This document shows positions 1 to 12,261 of a DNA stretch of 64,000 bases, in pieces. The stretch spans positions 9,683,457 to 9,747,456 of the forward strand of contig NC_057751.1 of assembly GCF_004010195.1 (NCBI RefSeq), written 5' to 3'. The DNA is from Chiloscyllium plagiosum. Its lineage: Eukaryota. The notes below the pieces were generated by a model. It searched no databases and was not told where the DNA came from. It saw only the letters and a program-made list of their open reading frames with translations. Made by a program: the position numbers and the translations under genes. How positions within the stretch are numbered: the stretch's first letter is position 1; each line of letters opens with the position of its first letter.

Positions 1-480
1 CTATGTGACTGTCCCCCCCCCCCCCCCACCTTCTTATAACTGCCATCCATCACATACTGTTGGTGTTGCAAATTTCTCATCGCTTCTAGCTGTCTGTCCA
101 ACCGATCCACTCGATCTGATAAGATTCACATCCGACAGCATTTATCCTTCAACTTTCTTTAAACTCCCACATCTGACAAGAAGTACATAACTCTACAAAG
201 GCCATTTTTGCTCCTTCACAATGTACAGATCCAGAAAATAACACACCTTATTCCTCTACAAACACTGCCCCAGGTTAAATTAATAGCTATGGCTTATATT
301 TTAAGTTTAATCAAGAGACTTATCTCCAAAAACACATAATCAAGAAAGAATCCACTATACTCACTACTGCAGCCTTTCTCTTGGACAGACTTAAAACAAC
401 AATTAACTTATCTGATTCTGTGCTGTGAACTTCGCCCAACAGTTCCTCCAAGATTAGTTCTGAATTTCACTGTTTGTTAA
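1..480 (-). mobile_element. CR1 LINE 5' end (5' UTR plus ORF1 N-terminus), truncated by the window edge
   Basis: Minus-strand translation KCCRM*ILSDRVDRLDRQLEAMRNLQ resembles the CR1 ORF1 Cys/coiled-coil N-terminus. Confidence 0.55.
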
Positions 481-1249
481 TTTTCTCCGAGTTGTGTTTG
501 ATTCTGGAAATGGATCAGTCCAGACCTACTGGAAGTACACAGTGAATGCCCATTAGAAGCTCAGAATCCATAGAAAAGAGATTATGACCCTCATATACAA
601 GTGGAAGTAGAAATGGTGACCCATTTTATTTTTGATTGTGGATAACAAAAGACTGACCAGGCTAATTACCAATAGTGTCAAATCTGTTCTGGAGTTGGTG
701 CCCCATTGTGACTAAATGTGGGATGTCGCCAGTAGAAATACCACTCCAGTATTTGATTTTCCATGTGCAGGACAGGGTAATGGATCAGGAGATGTCTTTG
801 ACAGAATATTGCATACTTATATAATGAATGGGCTCTCAAAATTTTGGGTTCAGAGAGAATATCTCAATTGGGCATTGGCTGACATAAATATCACTACTGC
901 AGTTCCAATCATTTCCAATGCAGTTAATCGTAAGTTGTATCAAGCCTTTTGAAGAGTTCAACAGAATAATATAGGCAAAAAGGAGAGGACAGTTCTAGCC
1001 AGTAAAGACACTCTGGTAAAGGCTTCCTTCACATGGAAATTATCGTCTTCTGTTTGGATCTGTAGTTGGTGCACAGCCTACTGTGCATCCACAACCAGTT
1101 TCAACAGATCTCAGTGATATCATATTCTTTAGCTAGAGGCTGTTTGGTTTTTTTTAGCTCTTGCCCCATCATGTGAGACAAACCGATGATAGTAGGGATG
1201 TGGTTCAAAGGTGCCAGGACATGAGCTAAAATATGAAAGGAACATGTAC

Positions 1250-1800
1250 TGATAGTAAAGCAAATGGATCACAACTGAGTCTTTCCCCTCCCATTCCAAG
1301 TTATTCTGCAGGCCAGCTGAGATAGCTTCAAGCCGGGCACTCGGCAGATAACACAGCTTTTGGGATTTTTGACCATGGCCACAGAGAACAATGTTTATTT
1401 CCCCTGGCTCGCCCTTGTCAATTACAACCATATTGGGCTTTTTTCTCACACCTCTTGAATGACTCCTGATACAGTGGCACTGTCATCAGTTTGTTCATCT
1501 TCCCTTCAGTCCCACTCTCATGCACGGAGAGAGCAGAAATCTCAGCCTGTTAGACAAGCACAAAAGTGCAGGGTCCTGCACCACTACCTCCTGAATCCCT
1601 CTCTCTGCCTTGCTCACAGCCTCCTGTCCGAGATCATTGACCGAATTTGAGTCAGTAATCTGAGTGTCTGACTGCCTCCTCACACACAGGATCCAGCGAA
1701 CTCCTCCCTGCTGTGTCACTCTGTTTGAAGCTCAGGCTCCACCTCATGGACTCTGAGGCAGATTTTCTAAAACAACCAACAGTTACCACAGATGTGATCA
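1250..1800 (-). mobile_element. CR1 ORF1 (esterase/SGNH) remnant
   Basis: CYLPSARLEAISAGLQNNLEWEGKDSVVIHL and LSNRL match CR1 ORF1 CCLPGARV...GEGEQPVVVVHIG. Confidence 0.7.
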
Positions 1801-2439
1801 TGATTAATCACAGTGAGGTCCACCAGAGACAACATTATGCTGGTACCACACTGTTCCAAATGCCTGGAAACATCCCCATGGGACATTATTACCCATGTCC
1901 CGACAAACAGGGTCAAGTTGAAATGAGCAGTGGACTTGACACAAATTATTGTTTGGTTTCAAACATAGCCTACCCAGGAATCAAAAGGCTTTTTAAAAAT
2001 TGTTATCACCACAAAATGATCCTTGTATTGATAGTGTCTTGCATGGTAAAAAGTGTCAAAGTGTAGAAAATAACATTTTTATTCTGCAATGAGTGCTGTT
2101 TTACATGAATTATTCTGAATTGACTGTATGCTACAAGTTAATTTCTGGTGTGTAATGTGAAACATGGAATTAAAAATGAGCAATTTACACAGTGCTGCAG
2201 TGTGTATCTGTTTTACACTGGCATTTTCTGGTGGTGGATTTTGAAAATGTAGCTTGGTGCAGAGGCTGTGCACAAGATTGAGGACCTCTGCCCATCAGGT
2301 GAAATGCTTCAGGCAACATCCCACAGCATCTATGCAAAAGAATGGAAATGTAATCAAAGATTAGTCAATTTCTTTCAGTTTTGTCCATTTTAAAACTTTT
2401 TTTTTGCTGACTGAGACAACTTCATGTCTTTTTAAAATC

Positions 2440-2762
2440 ATTCAGAGGATGTGGATGTCACTGGTTGGGCCAGTATTTATTGTCCATCCCTAACTGCCCA
2501 GTGGGCAATTAATTGTCAATTGTATTGCTGTGAACAATGGCCAGACCAGTAAGGATGGCAGATTTCCTTCTCTGAATGGCATTAAAAGGGTTCTTTCTGA
2601 CAATCATCCATGTTTTCTTGGTCATCATTGGAATCTTAATTGCAGATTTTTAATGCATTCAAGTTCTACCAAATGCCATGATGGGATTTGAACCCATGTT
2701 CTCAAGACATGACCTCTGTCTCTGGATTACCTGTCTAGCAACAATACCACTAAGCTATCATC
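2440..2762 (-). mobile_element. tRNA-derived SINE with LINE-type tail (related copies at about 24060-24430, 50340-50678, 58390-58748)
   Basis: Minus-strand A-box (TAGCTTAGTGG) and B-box (GGTTCAAATCC) head; body shared among several copies in the window. Confidence 0.65.
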
Positions 2763-3031
2763 TTTATTATTAAGAAAATGCACTCAGTCTCACAAAAGAT
2801 GCAAATGCACATTACAACAGAAGTTGTCGAAAGGGTGAACAGGCACAATGCAAAAGGGTGATAGTTTTTGCATGTTACTTTCTGTTTGCATTTGTGGAGC
2901 AACAATCAGATGCTGCTTGTCATCTGAGAAGCAAAGCAAAAGGCAGAAAGCATTGAAATATGAGAGCATTGAATATAACCTGATAATTTCAAGCATAAGA
3001 TGTAGAAATGAAGGTTGTGGAGAAAGCAGAT

Positions 3032-3054
3032 TGTGTGTGTGTGTGTGTGTGTGT
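3032..3054. repeat. (TG)n microsatellite
   Basis: Directly visible. Confidence 0.95.
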
Positions 3055-3238
3055 TACAAAATAGTTCACACATTACCAATGTGTGACTGGATTGGTCTTT
3101 TACTTCGCAAATGCAAATCTTCAAGGCCAAGCAATCGTCTCACTTTGAGTCTAAAGTAATTCATCTGCCACATTGAAGAAACACTTCTTTGTTCCATGCA
3201 GCATTATTTGTGTTGTATTGTGTATGATGACCACCTCA

Positions 3239-3328
3239 GTGGAGGTTGGCTACATGTTCCCTGTTTGACCTGAACCTGTTTAAGTGGAGGTTGGCTACAT
3301 GTTCCCTGTTTGACCTGAACCTGTTTAA
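3239..3328. repeat. Perfect 45-bp tandem duplication
   Basis: GTGGAGGTTGGCTACATGTTCCCTGTTTGACCTGAACCTGTTTAA occurs twice in tandem. Confidence 0.95.
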
Positions 3329-3714
3329 CGAGGAGCATTCACATCATGACCATTTAAAGTCTGCCTTTCGTCAGTCAATGTTTGTCACAAGAAAGTTAAT
3401 GACATCTTGTGTTTCCTATTTCTTTGATCCAATGGCTAGTGATGCTAGATATTGCTCAAGACAGTTAGCCACAGACTGGACCGAGGGATTCAAGGCTGGT
3501 TGTCACAAGGTCATAATGGAGTGGGAAAGTGAGTTGCAGCAGAAATGCATTCACCCAGTTTGTGCGTTTGTCAACTGGCAGATCTTTTGTGACAAGAAGC
3601 CTTCCAGATCAATCTTCCTATCTTTCTTTGTCAAAAATCAGTCACAGTGAATGAATCTTTTCTTACCATTGATATTTGTACAAAGATGACAAGGTGTGTC
3701 ACAAATTTGTTTTC

Positions 3715-4520
3715 TTTATTCATTCATGGTATGTGGGCTTCACGTAGCTGGGCCAGTATTTATTGCCCATCCTAAGTTGCCCTGAAGATGATGGTGAATT
3801 ACCTGCTTGAGCTGCTGCTCTCCATTTGCTGCAGGTGCACCCACAATACTATTATGTAATGACATATCTTTGAACCAGTGGCATGGAGGGAACTGCAATA
3901 TGTTTCTATGTCAAAATAGTTAATGGCCGAGTAGGGAACGAGTGGTGCTGAGCCCTTGCCCTCCTTAGTAGTGCTCATAGATTGGAAGGTGTTGTTTCAA
4001 CAGCCTCAATTATTTTTAACAGCATATCTTGTAGATGATACACTGTAAAGTCATATCAGTGGAGAGGTTTTGTGGCTGTGGTGTCAGTGAGCTTGTGTCA
4101 AGCTGAGTGAGTGTTGTTGGAGCTGCGGTCAGCGCAGGACAGTGGGAAGTCTTCACAGTCGTGACTTGTGCCGTGTAGATGCTGCTAGATTCCAAGCTTT
4201 TGATCTGCTATTGTAGCTACAATCACTGACAAATTCACGATGTTGATCATAGAGGTGAGATTATGACAATGCCAATGTCAAGGAGTGATAGCTAGATTCT
4301 TTTTGAGAGAGATGGGCATTGCTTGGCCTTCAAGTGGCAGGACTGTGACTTGCTGCTTGTCTTGCTCTTGCTGCATTGGATCATGGACTGTTTCAGTATG
4401 AGTGTTCTGGTATATGGTGCTAAAAGTTATACAACCGTCAATGGAAAATCCCCACATCGCATGTTACGATAGAAGGAAGGTCCGTGATGAGGCAACTGAA
4501 GATGATTGGAACAAAGACAA
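3715..4520 (-). mobile_element. Old CR1-group LINE 3' remnant (related pieces at about 15560-16470 -, 41390-41900 +)
   Basis: Shares its 3' tail with the SINE family (GGGCAATAAATACTGGCC on minus); degenerate RT-like sequence; resumes near 5290. Confidence 0.5.
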
Positions 4521-4547
4521 TGCTGATGAATTAGTTATTATGCTGCA

Positions 4548-5168
4548 GTGATAGTGAAGATCTGTCTGTTTCGCGATCAGTCAATAAACACTAGCAATCT
4601 GTCTGGTCTTAAAGACTTCACAGTTTATTACTCCCAGCCGGGCACAGATCATCACAGATCACACACTTCCATGTTTCTCAGAGGAACTGCGTACATGGCT
4701 TAAAACAAAGACATTTTAATACTTTTCTTAAAGAGAGGTATAGGCCATAATTGTACATAATTACCAATTAATTAACAAAATGGTTTTATTGACAGCAACC
4801 CAACCCAATGATATTTCTGGGGACCAACTTTGTTTTCCAAAACTTAAGCCATTCTGATCTCATGAACCGAGTTTTTGCACCTGCGCTTGAAGATCAGTTA
4901 GGAGGGCCAGTAGTGTCTTAACTAGACTAGTTCTTGACATGCTGTAAAGGAAGCATTGTCTGCTGTTCTTTGTTGAGACAGACTGTGTGGTCAAGTCAAT
5001 TATGCAGCTATAGCAGTGTTAAAAGCCATTTTATGCAGCTTTAAGCAGAATTGTCAATTTGTAGCCTAGAAGCCATTTTATGTTTTTGCATAAAGAAGCC
5101 TTATATTTACAGCTAAATTAGTAAGAATATGTATTGAGTGGTTGTCTTTGACAACAACTAGTTACCTC
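4548..5168 (-). mobile_element. Possible solo LTR
   Basis: Minus strand TGAGG...TATCA ends, AATAAA near the 3' end, internal AAGCCATTTTAT repeats; interrupts a LINE remnant. No clean TSD seen. Confidence 0.35.
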
Positions 5169-8080
5169 AGCCTGTATTCAGGTTTTAAATTCTCACTCGT
5201 ATCCCTACCTCTGAGCCAAAAGGCCCAGGTTCAAGCTATCTGCTTCAGACCTGTTTCAGAACATGGCTGAACAAGGTCATGTAAAATACCTACCCTGAGG
5301 AATTCCTGAAGCAGTGTCTTGTAGCCGCAAGACATGGCTTCCTCTTATGCTCAACCTCCAGCATGGCAGACTTCCAACAAACATGATCATCTTCCTTTAT
5401 GTCAGCTTTGACTCAAGTTAAGTTGGATACCGAACAATTCACAATTGCTCTTTCGATGCAGATGTGTCACTTTATGGTCAAAATGTCTAACTGCTGCTTT
5501 GAAACTCTGCCTGAGTCCATTCAATTTATTTGAATTTACTTCCAATTTAACTGCAATGCAGAATCCACTACCTGTTTTGCCTTTTGTGCCCTCCATTCTT
5601 GCTCTGCCACTTTGTAACGGAACAGTATCCCTATTGGAATAATCAAAATTTTTGTCCTTTTTAAACCACACATTTGATAAGATCATTAGGTATTGCAAAT
5701 CATAACTAGCACTCAGGCCATTTCTAACCCATCTCCCAAACATTTGAATGTCATCTGGATAAGTGGACAATCATTTGGGGTCCTTAACTAGAGGAGAGTA
5801 CAATTACCACATTCAAAACAAGTTTGGACACATATGTGAATAGCCAAGATTTAAACACAATAAAAACCGAACCAAGTGCAGATGCTGGTAATCAGACACA
5901 AAAGCAGAAATTGCTGGGAAAGCTCAGCAGGTCTTTCAGCATCTATGGAGAGAAATCAGACTTAACGTTTTGGGTTCACATCGGGATAGAGGCCAAACAC
6001 AGACAAGTGGAACTAGTTCAATTTAGGAAATCTGGTCCACATAGACAAGTTAAACCAAAGAGTCTGTTTCTCTGCCGAATGACTCTGACTCTATAATCAT
6101 CTATGTGAACACAATGTACTAAAATTCAGATATACATGTTATGCTGTCAGTAGTACATGGTGAAGTTACTTTCTTTTTTTAGACATGTCATGAGTGGTTT
6201 TTTTGAGAAAAGTACAACTCTCACAAGTCAATGACCAAAGAAGAATTAGGTCTGCAGGTGAAGTTTGGGGTATATACCCTATTATGCTAACTTTCGCTGG
6301 GATATATTTGAATAAATAGCTTTCTCTGCTCAAACCTGTCTAACGTTCTCAATTATTCAGTATCAAATACAATCAAATGTATTGATTACGTGTGTCAACC
6401 ACACCTGCAATGAGTAACAGATGACTATTATTTCAAAAACGTGTAACTGACTTCAGATTAATTACTTCAATCCTCTGGCGATAGACTGCATTATATTGTG
6501 GGAACTGATGCATTCCCGAATTCCATCATGAATTATGAACTCTGTTCGAAGATATAACAGATTTATTCATTATAAAATATAGTGTATAGTAGACGAGAAA
6601 GCACCCTATTATACATGTCGGCTGGAACACTGCATTTTAATAAATGACCATGAATAAATGTCCAAAGCCTTTCATACAAAAGATCACAGTTGAAAAGAGA
6701 ATCTAAGATGTTGATTAATTTATTAATGTTTAAACATTGCTAGATTGTAAAAGGAATAGCAAGGTTTTTAAAAATCCACAATGTTTCAAGTTTTTCAAAG
6801 ATTATGGTGAGCTTTCATTAAATGCATTGAGGAAACATGTTTTAGTTACAAAAGCAAATTCAGGAGCATAGCGAGGGAACTATCAAGATGGCAAAAGGCT
6901 GGAGGTGACAGGAATCAATAGTCATAATTACAACTCTTTCATATTTCCTTCCAGGAATTGGAGGTTCAGCAGAGCTTGCTCAAATGTGCAGTAATGTTCA
7001 CCTGCTAGATGGAACTTGAGGTGTCAGTTAAAGAGAGTCCACTACCATTTCTTCAAATAAGAAGTTGCACTGCAGGTATGAGTTCTCAACACATCACCAT
7101 GCCACAAGGGACACATTCATTGAACATTCATGTTTTAAAGAATGATTAAGTAATTGTTGAAAAGATCATTTTTAATTCCTTGTAACACCCTTGCACAAAT
7201 AGCACTTTTGCTTAGAAATGCACCATTATCCTCACACCTGAAAAAAACAGGGTGAACAAATGTGGAAAACCAATGAGAAAAAACAAGCTGTCAAGCTCTG
7301 CTATTATCAAGAACAGTAAGACTTGGCTATTGGGAATAAACATGAATCATTTTGTTCATATCTTTAAGGTTTCATGAGGTGTGTGATAAGAGCCTAGCAC
7401 CAAATGAAGGACTTGATTAATGAGACTAATGTGAGGATTGTACAACACATACATGATAAATCCTTAATCACTGCATTTGTATTTCAACATGGTCACTGAG
7501 CAAGTATGGATTGCTAATGTTGCTCAGTAATGACTTGAGGTCAGTTGTTGGTTTGGTTTAAATTTTGGACATATCCTCTCCCCTCACCACTGACTGAGGA
7601 CTCAGTCACGGTGTACTCTCTCAATTTATCCAGTTCCAAATCCTTTTGCAATGACTGGACTGCCCACTGCCTACTCATCCCATTCACAATGACACTGTCA
7701 GTTAAGTTGTCCACTATCACAATGTGAACAGAAAGGAGAAATCATAAGCAGATATCTGAGAAATTGTGGAAATCCAGAGTGTACAGCTACTTGCAACATA
7801 TTTACAATTTCAAGATGTCCACATACACATTCCGAATGCATGATCAGGATAGGAAGTCCAAGTGGAGAGTTGAAGTATCTGCCAGCAAAAAACAACCATT
7901 TTGACCTGGGGAGAACACTTAACGATAAAATGGCATTAGAAAATTGTCCATGTATTAAAAAAGAGAAATGAGTGCCATGTAAATAACATCTATTCGAATG
8001 GACTCTGAGTGGAAATGTAAATATTACATATCTGTTAAATAATTCTGCTCCCAACCTAGGAGCAAAGGCTCTGTTTTCAG

Positions 8081-9697
8081 TCAGCTGACTGTATTATCTT
8101 TAATGCATTCCATCATTAATGGACCCATGTCCCTTAATATTTTCTGATATTCCATTAATGCTTGACCGTAAGTGTCACGCTCTGTTACAAAGGACCGGAA
8201 GAGGTTTATAGGCTCTGCATACAGAAGCATTTCTGGAATTCCCATTTGTTTAGGAAATGTTTGATTTCCGATCATAAATCGGGAGAGCCGTTTCTCATCC
8301 AAGCATTTTCCGAGATACTTCAAAATGTCTCTGAGCCGATATTCCAGGTGACACTCATGCCAGTTTGAATATGGCTGACTTAACAACAGATGCATAAGGA
8401 CAGTCTTAAAAAAGTAGGACCCAAGAATGTTTCGCTGATCTGGAGTGCTGCGCAGCTTTTCAGTTAGAAAGATCAATATTTGAAGGCACTTGAGGTGACA
8501 ACTGTTTTTGGGAACGCTTTTTGCCATGATTTTCAGAAACCTGTACTCGCAGACAGCACAGGATATGTGCCAGTAGGTAGTGGATGGCACTGTATTCTTG
8601 GTGTAATCAGGAAAGCTCGATACGAGATAGACATCTGAATCCTTCAGCCTCACAGCAGGGAAGGCTTTAATGTAGATGTTTCGTCCCGATTGATACTGGA
8701 CTTTTAAACCACAGCAACCAGTAATATTGTGGAAGGAAAGATCAAAGTCATACTTATGACAAACATTGTTCCAGGATTTTGCTAGTGCGACCCTGAACCA
8801 TTTTAGTACTTTCTTGTAGTCCAAATACCACTCGGAACACACAATAGAAGCCAGGCAATTTGCACGATCATCAGCTTCAAACCTTTTACTGTGAATAAGA
8901 CAAAGAACATCACCTTCAAGTTCAGTACTCTTACACAGGCAGCCCAAGTCAGCGCTGCCAGGTGTTACCATAACAATCCGGCCATAACTTTGCTTATCAG
9001 GTGGGAGGTCACAGCAGCAGATCTCTGGTTTAAAGCAATACCCATCCTGAAGAAAGATTGGAACCAAAATATCATACACAGATGGTGTCTTGCAGCCCCA
9101 TTTCTCAAACTGACTACCGATGCCAACACAATCTTCAAGGATCAGCTCAGAATCCCATTGGCAAATATTCCTGCAGGCTTCCAACAGGTTGTCGACAAAG
9201 CTCTCGACAAATTCACACGTCTGCATTGGCTCTTGGCTCACGTTCTGAATACATACATTGTAAAACTGGTCCAGAACACATTTGTCAGGAATATTCAAAA
9301 TGTTGCTGTATATTCTTTGAGGAAATTCATTTTCCTTCTCTCCTTCCTCCTCCTCTTCACTGTTGTAGTCCTGTGGTGTATGTGGCCACGTGTCCTGTCT
9401 CCACAGTTCCAAGAACAGAATTGTGACCATCAAGAGAATATTCCAGGTATTCCAATCAATCGGTGTTGAGTTTTCTGCTTTTACGAGTGTACTGACCTTC
9501 ATTTCCTGTTCAGGATCATTCTTCTCATCCACTTCTTTCTGGAGCCGCTCCATTTCCAGCTTATACTTGCTCTCCTGCTCCTTTATCCTTGACTGAACCT
9601 CTTCATTCTCAACTTCATCACTCAGGAGGCGGGGGTGGTACAAACTTCCCGTGATCACCAGGAGGCACACACTGAAAAGCCCGAGTAGTGCTGGCAT
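8081..9697 (-). CDS. ITPRIPL1: Inositol 1,4,5-trisphosphate receptor-interacting protein-like 1 (ITPRIP/DANGER family, Mab-21/cGAS-like fold), single coding exon, 538 aa
   Basis: Long ORF 8081-9763. The true start is likely MPALLGLFSVCLLV (ATG at 9697), preceded by a splice acceptor tattgtttgtag|G. Architecture: signal peptide, coiled coil, TM helix (WNILLMVTILFLELW), acidic linker, Mab-21 domain. Motifs EDCVGIGSQFEKWG, YDILVPI, GDVLCLIH, HKYDFDLS, CHLKCLQI and SYFFKTVLMHLLL resemble ITPRIPL1 more than ITPRIP (recalled, not aligned). Family is certain; the paralog call is less so. Confidence 0.85.
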   Translation of the reverse strand: MPALLGLFSVCLLVITGSLYHPRLLSDEVENEEVQSRIKEQESKYKLEMERLQKEVDEKNDPEQEMKVSTLVKAENSTPIDWNTWNILLMVTILFLELWRQDTWPHTPQDYNSEEEEEGEKENEFPQRIYSNILNIPDKCVLDQFYNVCIQNVSQEPMQTCEFVESFVDNLLEACRNICQWDSELILEDCVGIGSQFEKWGCKTPSVYDILVPIFLQDGYCFKPEICCCDLPPDKQSYGRIVMVTPGSADLGCLCKSTELEGDVLCLIHSKRFEADDRANCLASIVCSEWYLDYKKVLKWFRVALAKSWNNVCHKYDFDLSFHNITGCCGLKVQYQSGRNIYIKAFPAVRLKDSDVYLVSSFPDYTKNTVPSTTYWHISCAVCEYRFLKIMAKSVPKNSCHLKCLQILIFLTEKLRSTPDQRNILGSYFFKTVLMHLLLSQPYSNWHECHLEYRLRDILKYLGKCLDEKRLSRFMIGNQTFPKQMGIPEMLLYAEPINLFRSFVTERDTYGQALMEYQKILRDMGPLMMECIKDNTVS

Positions 9698-11039
9698 CCT
9701 ACAAACAATAAGCAGAGAAAAGATTTTCAGAGGATATGTACAGCACGAATTAAATTTGTACATCTATAAGAAGCTGAGGCCCCATTGAGAGATCTTGTCA
9801 GTAATGCAAATAATTCCTCCTCTTCACTATTTCATGATATGCACCAGCTTCTTTTCCTATCCTATAACTGCCTCAAGCAATTAATAATGCGGTGTACTGA
9901 TGGTGTCATTTTAAGAGCTTGCACCAAACGTTTAAATTCTCATCCACCAATGTTGACAGCACATAGCCTTGCATTAAAAATTAACTGCTTGAAAGCCACA
10001 GATGGCCCATGCAAATTTTTGATATGGAGTGGAGTGACAAAGGTAGGAAAATTAGGCATAAAAGGCTGGGAATGTAAAAATATGCAACACCCAGTGTGAA
10101 AATACACCGTTCACAGAAAGACACAAATATTTACAAGTCCATTTTCATATTTCAGCATATCTGAATTAATCTGGAGCAATGTGACTTCAGGTTTGGTATA
10201 TGTTGTGAGTCTGAGTAACTTCTGTTCTGGACTGCTGGTTTTTAATTGAATACTGGGGACTCTAACAATTTGACATCAGGCAATGTAACCTCCATGCCTC
10301 ACTCGGTCCAAGTTTTGTTTTCACCCTCTGATCTGTATGTCCTCGCTTACTATGATTTATCTGAACTGTTTGTAAAGAAAGCTTTTCATGGTACTTAGGT
10401 CCATGTAACAATACATCAAATCAAATGGAAGTGCAAGACATTCATGTTGTAAAGTTTTGCAAAGATAAGTAGTTGTCATGAGAAAATGGCAAGCTTTGAT
10501 GCAAACAGCTGAGATAGGAATTAAGCATTTTTGGTGGTTTGGAGCTCCACAATTGTGAATTTTGGGGAAGGGACAAGATGGTCGAGAATTGGTATGTGAA
10601 CGTTGATTTACAAAGCAGGATTATGTAGCTTGGAGAAAACAAGTCGAGGACAGGATATCTAGGAACAAGACAGCAAAGGGGAGAGACCTGACAATGGAAA
10701 CATGAATAAAATAGACAATAAATGTTGTACTGAAGATCAAGGAAGCAGGAGGCAGAACTCGACAAGAAGTATCACCACTCAGGCAGCAGGTATATGAACA
10801 GTGGTCTGTCCAGTGTGCCCCAAATAACAGCAATGCACTCCCTCTGCAATAAAGGCCATAGGAATCCTCAGAAAAAGCTATTATTGGGAAAATCTGAAAT
10901 TCCTCCACTCCTCTGTTTTGACCCCTTCATCACTAAGTTATCACAACAAATCTAGGAAACCATTCTACTCTAATTAATATTGCAGTGACTTCCTATGAAA
11001 TAAAAATTGTCCCAGCTGGAAAGATTCAACAATCCCAGA

Positions 11040-11822
11040 AAGAGTTATAGAGTCATATTGCATGGAAACAGATCTTGCAATTCAACCAATCCATGACAAC
11101 CATAATCCCATACAGGGCAAAAGTGAGGACTGCAGATGGAGATTAGAGTCAAGAATGTGGTGCTGGAAAAGCACAGCAGGTCAGGCAGCATCCGAGGAGC
11201 AGGAAAATTGACAATTTGGACAAAAGCCCTTCATCTGGAAGTGCTCTTGCCCAAATTGTTAATTTTCCCTCTCCTCGGATGTTGCCTGAGCTGCCATGCT
11301 TTTCCAGCACCATAATCCCAAACTAAATTATTCCCACCTGTCTGCTCCTGGCCCATACCTTTGCTATTATTATCCTTATCCAAATGTCTTTTAAACATTG
11401 CACGTTTACCCACATCCACTCCTTCCTCAGGAAGTATATTCCACACGCCAACCATCTTCTATGTTTAAATTGCCCCTCATTTCTTCTTTAAATCTTTCTC
11501 CTCTCATCTTTAAAATTTGCCCCCTAACTTGAAGTCCCGCATTCTAGAGAAAAGGCAACTACTATTAATCCTGTCTGTACCCCTCATAATTTTATTAACT
11601 TCTGCAAGATCACTTCTCAAACTCCTACACTCCCGTGAAAAATGTCCAACCAGCCCCAGTCTTTCTTAATAACTTAAACCTTCCTTACCTGGCAACATCC
11701 TGGGAAATCTTTTCTGAACTCTCTCTGGCTTAATAACATCCTTCCAAGTCTGGGTGACCAGAACTGGACAAAGTACTCACAAAAAGGCCTCACCAATGTC
11801 CTGTATAACCTCAATATGACAT
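11040..11822 (-). mobile_element. CR1 3' end interrupted by a fold-back Penelope-derived insert (11111-11308)
   Basis: CR1 RT C-terminus (VGVWNILPEEGVD...FKRHLD); insert flanked by ACCATAATCCCA at 11099-11110 and 11309-11320. Confidence 0.8.
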
Positions 11823-12261
11823 GGGGAAAAAGAAACTACCTCAACACCCATCATAGTTCTGTCCTTTTGTAATTTAACACTTTAACTCCAGTAATGTATT
11901 TATTTGAAACAAAATGATTGGACAAGCACAACATGTTCTCATCAAATCTTAGAAACCTCAGTAAATTCAGCATCTATTGCACGAATGAAGTGATAGATAC
12001 AATTTTAATGGGGATGCACGAACACTGAGATCTGAGGATACCCACAGATAAATCTCAAGATGACAACAAAATTTCACCAAGCTGATATAAAAATAGCGAT
12101 CTGGTTCTATTCACGGATGAATCGAACACAAAAGAAAGAAATTATGAAATTTCATAAGGTTCAGTACAACCAAATCTGCAGTATCATGCTCAGTCTGAGC
12201 ACCAAACTTTAGGAAAGACGTCAAGGGCCTAAGAGGGTGCAGAAGAGACATAAGAACAGAA

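Noticed and set aside
3239-3328. Direct repeats considered as CRISPR-like
   Set aside because: Two abutting copies, no spacers, eukaryotic context.
8891-9469. 192-aa and 122-aa ORFs antisense to ITPRIPL1-like
   Set aside because: Shadow ORFs of the real coding strand with no recognisable domain.
9698-9763. 22-aa N-terminal extension of the 560-aa ORF (MYKFNSCC...)
   Set aside because: It overlaps a pyrimidine tract and AG acceptor, and the signal peptide begins at the second Met, so it is treated as intron.
10470-10900. Possible degenerate Gypsy/PNMA-like gag (DYVAWRKQVE)
   Set aside because: Only one short motif, with no supporting frame or LTRs.
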